A stretch of DNA of 64,000 bases from a virus (IMGVR_UViG_3300032332_001787:1-64000); one strand, 5' to 3'. Counted from the stretch's first letter, positions 51,632-59,925 are shown. The notes: generated by a model not told the origin, from the sequence alone. Made by a program: numbers and translations.

Positions 51632-51720
51632 GTTTAACTCCTTATTGGTACCATATATTATACACCATTCTGGTGTCTTGACAAGTTGCTTTATTCTGTT
51701 ATAATAGCATAAATCGACGG

Positions 51721-51792
51721 TGTCCGATAGCTCAACGGTAGAGTAGGCGGCTGTTAACCGCTTGGTTCTAGGTTCGAATCCTAGTCGGACAG
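51721..51792 (+). tRNA. trnN: tRNA-Asn(GTT)
   Basis: TGTCCGA/TCGGACA, anticodon loop CTGTTAA. Confidence 0.92.
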
Positions 51793-51797
51793 CTTAG

Positions 51798-51887
51798 GGA
51801 AGAGTGGCAGAGTGGTCATAATGCACTGGTTTACTAAACCAGCGATCTCTTAACCGGGGTCCGTGGGTTCGAATCCCACCTCTTCCG
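51798..51887 (+). tRNA. trnS: tRNA-Ser(ACT) with long variable arm
   Basis: GGAAGAG/CTCTTCC, discriminator G, stem CTGGT-TTACTAA-ACCAG. Confidence 0.85.
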
Positions 51888-51890
51888 TTT

Positions 51891-51973
51891 GGTAGATTAC
51901 TCAAGTGGACAACGAGGGCAGACTGTAAATCTGCTGGCTATCGCCTTCGGGAGTTCGAATCTCTCATCTACCA
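51891..51973 (+). tRNA. trnY: tRNA-Tyr(GTA)
   Basis: GGTAGAT/ATCTACC, anticodon loop CTGTAAA, long variable arm. Confidence 0.92.
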
Positions 51974-52136
51974 CTAAGTTGTTGATATGAAAGAACTTAG
52001 GACAAATCCGGCGGACCGGGTTCGACGTAAGTCCTTGCAACATAACGACTTAGGATTTTCTAAAGTTTGTTCTTGACAACTGCCGATAACTAGTGTATGA
52101 TTGCTAATCGGAGGCTGGCGACTGAGTTACGAGAGT

Positions 52137-52208
52137 GGCCCTATAGTCTAACGGCTAGGACGACAGCCTTTCACGCTGTAGATTGGAGTTCGATTCTCCA
52201 TAGGGTCA
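52137..52208 (+). tRNA. trnE: tRNA-Glu(TTC)
   Basis: GGCCCTA/TAGGGTC, anticodon loop CTTTCAC. Confidence 0.9.
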
Positions 52209-52512
52209 TTTGTTTCTGCTAATCCTACGGATTTGGTGGTCTTGGCGATAGTCAGCACGAATCCTAAAGTTTTGGCTCTTGACAGACCGATATTGGTATG
52301 GTAGACTATTGGAACAAGAAAGGAAAATGATGAAGAACCTTCGCATCTATGATATTCTGACTGAGGATGGTAAAACTCTGGCCGAAATTACTCTGTCTAT
52401 GCAAGAGGATTTTGATTGGGCTGATGTTTTCGACAAGCTGTATGATATGACTACAGAAAATGTAGAGAGTTATTCTTATGAGGAAATTGCCGTAAACGCC
52501 GAATAAGCTGAT

Positions 52513-52586
52513 GCGCCTCTAACTCAATTGGTCAGAGTAGCGGTCTTTTAAACCGTAAGTTCCGGGTTCGAGTCCCGGGGGGCGCA
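52513..52586 (+). tRNA. trnK: tRNA-Lys(TTT)
   Basis: GCGCCTC/GGGGCGC, anticodon loop CTTTTAA. Confidence 0.9.
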
Positions 52587-52639
52587 CTTGACAGTGACGA
52601 TTGTTGGTGTAGAATAGAGGTAAGAAAGGGAGTAAAAAT

Positions 52640-52813
52640 ATGAGATATGAAGATCATTATGACGGATACGATTATGACTATGATGAATTGGTAGAAAATA
52701 CCGAGGATCTTGGTCTGGACGAAGAACCTTGGATGCAAGATGCAGAAGAGGATGATGAAGTTCCGTCCTATGGTAAGAATTATTATCCTAGTATTGAAGA
52801 TGAAGATGACTGA
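52640..52813 (+). CDS. Highly acidic small protein
   Basis: Manual translation MRYEDHYDGYDYDYDELVENTEDLGLDEEPW...EDEDD. Confidence 0.55.
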   Translation: MRYEDHYDGYDYDYDELVENTEDLGLDEEPWMQDAEEDDEVPSYGKNYYPSIEDEDD

Positions 52814-52818
52814 TCTTT

Positions 52819-52901
52819 GTGTGTGCTTCTAGGTGGGACTAGACCCTAATATATTTATCCTTTCTTGTAACGGGATGTTGGTTCAAATCCAACCACACAC
52901 T
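52819..52901 (+). ncRNA. tRNA-like RNA with aberrant anticodon region
   Basis: Perfect acceptor GTGTGTG/CACACAC, T-arm GTTGG-TTCAAAT-CCAAC and D-like stem TCTAG/CTAGA; no canonical anticodon arm. Confidence 0.6.
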
Positions 52902-52903
52902 TT

Positions 52904-53407
52904 ATGAACGCTTTCCAGCAAGAGCTTGATGACTTTCGGCGTACCCCAGATGGTAAAATCATTCAAGGGGCTGCTCATACTAGCAGAGTATTAAATCACA
53001 AATATCGAAATGATGTGATTATCAAGGCTGTTTGTTCTCTGCGTAAGATTGAGAATGATTTTGACAGTATTGCTTGTTGTGGTGTGAGTGGTTTGATGGT
53101 AGTACCACAGATTGCGGAGATTCTCAATAAGAATATTATAGTTATTCGTAAGGATGAGCGGCGATATAGTGAATTCTTTATCGAAGGTGTTACTCCATCT
53201 AATTATGTTATTGTAGATGATTTAATTTGTTCTGGTAATACGGTTAAACGTATAACAAATAATATTCGTGCTGATGTTCCACGAGCAAAATGTATCGGTG
53301 CATATTTCTACATGGGTGAGGAGTGTGCCTATAATGCTTCCAATTCTAAACTTTTTGAGAAGCAGTTTGGGACGATCATCCTAAACCCTTACCGGCCAAA
53401 GACTTAG
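52904..53407 (+). CDS. Type I phosphoribosyltransferase-like protein
   Basis: PRPP-binding loop YVIVDDLICSGNT; IACCGVSG; VIRKD. Confidence 0.8.
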   Translation: MNAFQQELDDFRRTPDGKIIQGAAHTSRVLNHKYRNDVIIKAVCSLRKIENDFDSIACCGVSGLMVVPQIAEILNKNIIVIRKDERRYSEFFIEGVTPSNYVIVDDLICSGNTVKRITNNIRADVPRAKCIGAYFYMGEECAYNASNSKLFEKQFGTIILNPYRPKT

Positions 53408-53534
53408 GACAAGGTGGGGCGGCCCCGGTCGCCGTAAGTCCTTATCTGTCAACCACTTACGACCTGCGTAATTTTTCCAAAGTTTTCGCTTGACAGTGAC
53501 GATAACATAGTGTAGAATCAGTGAAGTAGAACGA

Positions 53535-54515
53535 TTGAACAGAAACACGAAAGGGATGATTATGGCTCATGCAGTTGAACAGATGATGTTTGTTGGTGCG
53601 ACCCCGTGGCACGGTCTGGGTAACCAGTTGGACGAGGCTCCCACAATTTCGGAGGCGATTACGGCCGCTGGTCTGGATTGGGAAGTGGGTCTGAAAGACC
53701 TGTTCACTCAAGAGGGCAGACCAGTTCCCGCCCGTGCTACCTATCGTAAGACCGACGACCATTCCATTCTCGGAGTTGTCGGCCCGCGATACACCCCGCT
53801 GCAAAACAGCGAGGCGTTCGATTGGTTCCAGCCGTTTCTGGATGCTGGTGAGTGCAATCTGCACACTGCCGGTTCTCTCCACAGCGGTGCGAAGGTTTGG
53901 GTTCTTGCCCAACTGAACCGCGACAATAGTGAGATCGTCAAGGGTGATGATGTTTGCAAGTTTATCCTGCTGTCCAACAGCCATGATGGTACGACCGCGA
54001 TTCGTGTCGGATATACTCCGATCCGCGTTGTGTGTGCGAACACGATGGCTATGGCTCACAGCAAGGGTAGTGGTTCCAAGCTGATTCGGATTCGTCATAC
54101 CCGTTCCAGCAAGAACAATCTGGAACAGGTTCGGGATATCATGGACAATATCAACGCAGAGTTTGAGGCGACTGCGGAGCAGTTCCGATTCCTCGCGTCG
54201 AAGAACTTCAACCAGAATGATGTTCGTCGATATGTTAAGGTGATGCTCGGCATCGAAGGTACTGCGGATGCGGATATTAAGACTCGCACCCGTAATATCA
54301 TGGATGAGATTCTCACCTTGGTGGAAGGCCCGAAGCAGAGTGCGACGGGGGTTCGCGGAACTTGGTGGGCCGCGTACAACGGCTACAACGAGTACCTGAA
54401 TTACAACAAGGGTCGCACGACCGATAATCGGCTCGATTCTCTCTGGTTCGGTCAGAACGCAAACGACAACGTGAAAGCGTTGGAGAAAGCTATGGAGTTC
54501 GCTCAGGCACTCTAA
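53535..54515 (+). CDS. DUF932 family (phage/plasmid TIGR03299-like) protein
   Basis: MAHAVEQM..TPWHGLG, YTPLQN, TAGSL..GAKVWVLA, LLSNSHDGT, TPIRVVCANT, IRHT and GTWWAAYNGYNEY; likely start 53562. Confidence 0.9.
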   Translation: MNRNTKGMIMAHAVEQMMFVGATPWHGLGNQLDEAPTISEAITAAGLDWEVGLKDLFTQEGRPVPARATYRKTDDHSILGVVGPRYTPLQNSEAFDWFQPFLDAGECNLHTAGSLHSGAKVWVLAQLNRDNSEIVKGDDVCKFILLSNSHDGTTAIRVGYTPIRVVCANTMAMAHSKGSGSKLIRIRHTRSSKNNLEQVRDIMDNINAEFEATAEQFRFLASKNFNQNDVRRYVKVMLGIEGTADADIKTRTRNIMDEILTLVEGPKQSATGVRGTWWAAYNGYNEYLNYNKGRTTDNRLDSLWFGQNANDNVKALEKAMEFAQAL

Positions 54516-54540
54516 TCCCTCGCAATGAGGGTTGACACGG

Positions 54541-54576
54541 GAGCCGCCACTCAGCAATGGGTGGCGGTTCTTTTTT
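54541..54576 (+). terminator. Rho-independent terminator
   Basis: GAGCCGCCAC...GTGGCGGTTC followed by TTTTTT. Confidence 0.85.
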
Positions 54577-57517
54577 GTGCCTAGGGCATTTCGTATAAAC
54601 CCTTATCAGCAAAGGACTTAGGGCGAGCGGGGCCGCGAAATCTTGTCCTAAGTTCAATGACACCAAGCACTTGCGTCAATTTAGTAAAAGAATCTCGTAA
54701 GCCCCCTATTCCCAAAGGGTTGGAATGACGATATACTGTATGTGGACGTAAGGTGTGTAGTGGCAAGGGTTTAGGTTAAAATAGTAATAGAATTATAATA
54801 ATGAGTTGTATATTTTTCAAATCCGTATTTGTCTCGCCTAATCCTGCGGAATTGCTGACGTTGCTGATAGTCAGCCAGAATAGTGGCTATAATAACAAGC
54901 CTCTCTGTTCCTAAGTTCTTATGTTTTAACCACTTGCGTCAAGTGTTAGAGTGTGGTATACTAGAAGGAGTAACAACGATAGTAATAAGCTGATCAATAG
55001 TTGAGACTAATTCTCAATAGATAAAGATGGTTAGATTAGTAGTCTGATAATGTAGTCAGGCTAAATCACAGACCCCTTGAGAATGATGCAGGAAAGAAAT
55101 GAAAATTGTATTAGAAATAAATAGCTCTGAGGATTTTGACTACGAGTATTTTATTGACTGGCTCAATGACCAGTTGTTTGATAGTTCTATGTGTGGAACT
55201 GATGTTGATGCTGGTATTATTAGTGTGAATGGGGAGAATAAATACTAATGAAAGTTACTGATGAAAATAGACAAGAGATTATGAGTACCTATTGTAGCCG
55301 TCTCTTGGACGATATGGACTTTAATACTCTGTACAATTTTGCTTATGATATGTTGAGAGATAATAAAGAGGGATTGACCAATAAAATGTTGGAAGAACAG
55401 ATTACTGACTATTACCCTGACCTTTTGGAGACTGCATAATGCAAAAACTTTGGGATGAATCTGGTCAACCTCTTTTCTATAAAGAAAACGGAGAAAGAGA
55501 TTATCTTCAGGAAGCTCGTTATAGATACGTTTCTCCATCATGGATGAGCATGGCAGCATACTCTTGTTGTCCTGAGGAATTACAGGCCAGATTGAATAAC
55601 ATGGAGTGGGATGGAAAAACTCAATATATAATCAACAAGGAGAATAACTAATGGAAGTAGAACTTAGTAAACAAGAAGCTTGGAAGATTCTAGATGCTCT
55701 TGTTGCTTATAAGAAAGATTATACCTTAACGGGGCCAGTTAATAAGATTTTTGACAACATTACTAAAAAGCTCAAAGAGATTGTAAAGGATTAGTGGTGT
55801 AATAATTAGTAGGTTTGGGCCACCTTATTGTGGGGGCTTTATGTTGATATTGTGGAGAATATTACGAGCGATCTTTTGCGGATGTTTATTCGCCTGGATC
55901 GGAGTCTCTATGATGGAAACGGAACTAGAGATTCTTACTAATAGTTCTTATAAGGAATATATGGCTCTTGATCTGTTTTATGGATATTTGAGCATACGGA
56001 AGTTTTATGAGAATATTGTTTATGTTGCAGGAATAAACTTTATTCTAGGATTGTTAATAGGACTAATCTGGAAACCTGGTAGTATTAAAATCTAACAAGA
56101 GCGGTGAGTTGTTCTTGTAAGTTGTTTGGTTTCAAGGATTTGCGTCGAATGTGACGATATGGTATGATAGTGTTGTGGCGGTTGTGGTCAACATCCCTTT
56201 TCTTGTGAGGCACCATGTTCTATTTTGCTTTTATTATTTGTATTGGTCTTGGTGTTGCTAATGGCCTTCAAAATAGTTAAATGAATAGTATAAAAATCCT
56301 TGTTGAGTTTACTATGGCACAGACAAAGAATTCCATGAATGAAACTCTAGACAAGGCTCTATTAGATTCTTAGTATCTATTACTTATATCTTATGTGCTA
56401 TCAGAAGACTTGTAAATATTATCAATCAACCCCTGCATAATACATACTCTTTTCTCAAAACCCTGTCAAGGTAAAAAATTTCTTATGTCAACTTATTATT
56501 TATCGAGCAATGTAGATAGTCAGCCAAAGTGGTGGGTCAGTTAAAAAAGAGATAAGAAGTATAATTTGGTTCCTCAACCCTTCAGGGTATAATACAGTAG
56601 TCAACGGAGCCAATAGTCAAGCGTCATGGTGAGATGATGCGGGGCTTACGGAATCATGGGCAAAAGAGTTGTTTTTAAACTTTTACCATGAGGTGATTTA
56701 TGAAAAGTCGATTTATAGGTTCGGATAATAGGGTTGAGATTCAAAGAAAGTATATTGATCAGATCTTGGGTGAATTAGATTTCATGCAGATCAAAGATCG
56801 TTTAAGAGATTATCTGAGCAAGGAAAAAGATAAAGAATCTAATTATGCTTTGGAAGCTGAGATACGAAAAGAAGCTCCAGAAGTATTAGTAGATAATTGG
56901 GAAAGTTTTGATGGGCCAACTACCTTAATAGAGGAAGAAGGATATCATCATGCTTAAAACTTTCCATAGAATAATTTCTTTTGAAGTAGAGGGTGAGATA
57001 TATGATAACTCTACCTCTCCTGAAGATATTTTAAAAAGCTATGATTGGAGATTCAAAGGATTCCATGACAACCATGAGGATAAATGTTTTTTAGAATCAT
57101 CTCATGATAATAGTCGTGGACGTATTACTAAAATTATTCGAAAGAATAAAATTGGTAAAACGGACAGAGCAGATACAGAAACTTTTACAATCAAGAACTG
57201 AGGTGCTTTATGAATTATACATTAGTTTATTGGAGCGTTGGAGCTTTAGTAACATTGTTAGCATTAGTATCACTATACTATTACTCATGCCATTGTTCTC
57301 CTCCAGCTATTAAATAGTAAGTAAATAATAAATACCAATTACTAAGTCCGGTGGAATTAGTCCCAGCTAATCCGCCGGATTTGGTTTTATTGGTAGTAGT
57401 CAGCCAGATTGGGTGGTCAGTAAGAATCAGCAACTTGTCTAAAGCACGGATTAGCCTATTATAGTCTAAACGACAGTCGCACGGACGCGACATATTTTTC
57501 ACCAGGAGACTATTTTT

Positions 57518-57733
57518 ATGATGAAGTTTGTTCTTGTGTTCGCTCTTATGGTTCTTGGTTCGTCAACTTATGCTGGCGAATGTTCTAATGGACATTGTAC
57601 TCTACGCAGTCGCGTTGTCAATGTTACCCAAGAAATTGTTGCTGTTCCAGTAGCAGTTACCCGTCGAACAGTTGAGGCTACTCGTAATGTTGGTCGAAGA
57701 ACTGTGGCCCGCGTTCGTAGTGTGGTTCGTTAA
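57518..57733 (+). CDS. Secreted small protein, planctomycete style
   Basis: Signal peptide followed by GECSNGHC and an Arg/Val-rich tail. Confidence 0.6.
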   Translation: MMKFVLVFALMVLGSSTYAGECSNGHCTLRSRVVNVTQEIVAVPVAVTRRTVEATRNVGRRTVARVRSVVR

Positions 57734-57852
57734 TATTTATGGTTGATAATCTAAAGGGTTAGGATAACTTGTTGGATTATAGATCAATAGAGAATTCCCC
57801 CGAAAAAACTCGGGGGTCTTTTCTTAAATTTACTTTATTCATGGAGGAACTT

Positions 57853-58197
57853 ATGAAAAATTTTATGATTGCAATTGCTCTAGTTTTTGTCACTACTTTT
57901 ACCGCAGAGGCGGCTCGACCAAGATATTATAGTCAGCCAACTGTAAAGGTAGAAAGTTATGCAAGAACATACGTTGGTAACAATGATCAGGAGCGTTGTC
58001 AAGCAGAAGCAGATCATATGGCAGCTAATAACATTACTGGTCATGTTTGGGGTGTTATTGGTAATTTTGAAGGAGTTGGTTATGGTTCTAGTCCTAATTG
58101 TAACACTTGTACTCCAAGCAACAATATGACTCTAACAGGAGATGCGTCAGCACAAGGTCGAAATGGAATGTGGTATCGCGTAAGATCGTGGAGGTAA
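57853..58197 (+). CDS. Secreted small protein, possibly CAP/SCP-like
   Basis: MKNFMIAIALVFVTTFTAEA signal; HMAANNITGH..EGVGYG..GDASAQGRNGMWYRVRSWR. Confidence 0.55.
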   Translation: MKNFMIAIALVFVTTFTAEAARPRYYSQPTVKVESYARTYVGNNDQERCQAEADHMAANNITGHVWGVIGNFEGVGYGSSPNCNTCTPSNNMTLTGDASAQGRNGMWYRVRSWR

Positions 58198-58207
58198 TCT
58201 CTACTAG

Positions 58208-58280
58208 GCAAGAGTAGCTCAATTGGCAGAGCGTTAGGTTTCCAACCTGAATGTTGAGGGTTCAAGTCCCTTCTCTTGCT
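58208..58280 (+). tRNA. trnG: tRNA-Gly(TCC)
   Basis: GCAAGAG/CTCTTGC, anticodon loop TTTCCAA. Confidence 0.92.
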
Positions 58281-58614
58281 TTTATAAAATGTCTTAGCTA
58301 ATAAACTAGGGACGATTTTAATGATACAGTCAGCGAGATTGTTATATGATATGTACTATTAAGATAACCCCAAACATGTCATGCGAATACATATGTCAAA
58401 GAGTGCAGGAGTTAGTAAACTATCATAACAAACATAATCAAGATCTAACAGATTCAATGATTACTATTGAGATTAAGAGACCTCAGTATGATGTTGATAT
58501 GATTCCTAAGCTAGAATTTAAAAATTGACATTTTCCCATAAGCCCCTATTATAATTTGATTAGTCCCACCTAATCCTGTGTATTCGAAATTATAGAAACA
58601 GTCAGCGTAATATT

Positions 58615-59037
58615 ATGAAAGTAGATTCATCTCAATTTCATATTCAACATAATGCACCACAAGATGGTGGGGACTATAAACTATATACTCAAAAAAGCGA
58701 GAGCTCTTTTGTTGATGATAGTAACTATCCCAGACTATCAGAAGATAGTGACAAAGTTTACGCAAAAGCTATAAGGGATAAGCCCTCCAAGAATTTCAGA
58801 GATAAAGATAGGGTAGGTTATAGTTATTACATTAAGTCAGCTCCCAATAAAATTCTTTTTAATCCCATAAGCTTACATACTATTGAACCCAAGTTAGCCA
58901 AGTCTTTTCTTAACAAGATTTGCAAATCAGAACTAATGTTTCTAGAAGTTAGTGAGTCAGTATTCAATATGTACTTAAATTTTCTAAAAACAGAAAACTC
59001 CCAATGGTTAGTAAAAGCCCAGAGAGAAATAAAGTAG
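58615..59037 (+). CDS. Hypothetical protein
   Basis: 140-aa ORF bracketed by two family-B elements. Confidence 0.5.
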   Translation: MKVDSSQFHIQHNAPQDGGDYKLYTQKSESSFVDDSNYPRLSEDSDKVYAKAIRDKPSKNFRDKDRVGYSYYIKSAPNKILFNPISLHTIEPKLAKSFLNKICKSELMFLEVSESVFNMYLNFLKTENSQWLVKAQREIK

Positions 59038-59925
59038 TCCCACCTAAACTGCCGGATTTGGCATTATGGAAACAGTCAGCGAGATTATACTATGGCAAAA
59101 AAGAAATGTAATTCCAAGAGTAAATCCTGTAATAAAAAATCTTGTGGTAAAAAATGTAACAGGGTCGAGTCTCAAGAAAAAAATATTGATAATGAAATTC
59201 CCCCTAAGACAAATCAGTTCTTGGGATTAATCAAGAGAGTGTTTGGGTATGAATGATTTATTTCGTACCTTAACTTTTTTTATGATAAGTTTGATTCTGG
59301 TAGAAGCAGCAGTATACTATGGAAGCTTAAGATTCATAGCTTATTTGTCTAGGAAAGATGACGATGATAGTTCAAATAATTTCCATAGTTAGAAAACCCA
59401 TCTGTCCTACTTTCATTCATGATGATCAAACCAGAATAATAGTATTACTAGTATCTCTACCCATCCTCATAGGAATACACTGGGGCATCTTGAGGTATTT
59501 TAATGTTAAATAATGATCCCCTTATTTTATATGGCCCACAGATAATTTTCTCCTGCACCATCTTCTGGTTGACTATGGTGGGAATTTTAGAAGAGTATTT
59601 ATATGAGGATGATAATTATGAGTAAATCAAAATTTGAAGAATTTCATGTTCCTTTTATCAAAAGTCTCGTATTTGTTGCTGTAATTACAGTAGTTTCTAT
59701 GGTTTCTGTTCATTTTTATCTCAATAAATCATTCTCTTCCTCTTCCTCATCAATCATTTATGCCTCTGAGAAATCCCAGATACAGTCCAAATAGGACTTT
59801 CTTTAGCTAATATCGCCTATTTAACGGCTAATTTGATTAAAATTCACTTATTATCTTGGCCCGTGGTGAAATGTGGTATAACAGGCTAAATTGTACAACA
59901 AAAGACTAAAGTTGTCAAGTCCCAA

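Larger units (their letters stand above)
35426..54675. repeat. Family A: 17 dispersed 82-bp double-palindrome elements (29+24+29)
   Basis: Starts: 35426, 35985, 37059, 38137, 39182, 39806, 40521, 41839, 42790, 43859, 45507, 46747, 48166, 50018, 51973, 53380, 54594. Each is CSTAAGTNCTT-N7-AAGNACTTASG, an exactly 24-bp GC-rich linker, and a second box. Solo boxes lie near 54698, 54910 and 56116. Confidence 0.95.
43373..59080. repeat. Family B: CTAATCC-nn-CGGATTTGG-N-(A/G)(T/C)AGTCAGC elements
   Basis: CTAATCC-type starts at 43373, 52219, 54838, 57367, 58298, 58570 and 59044, each 28-29 bp before (A/G)(T/C)AGTCAGC; partial copy at 56516. Confidence 0.75.

Noticed and set aside
53457-54557. 366-aa minus-strand ORF
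   Set aside because: It is the antisense shadow of the GC-richer DUF932 gene.
35426-54675. Family A as a CRISPR array or TIGR-like guide array
   Set aside because: Intervals are 0.5-1.9 kb and contain genes, the repeats are degenerate, and no cas or Tas-like gene is recognisable. The internal variable segments look like DNA-site spacers, although a guide role was not tested.
35426-54675. Family A as integron attC sites
   Set aside because: There are no GTTRRRY/RYYYAAC core sites and no integrase in the window. The integron analogy is architectural only.
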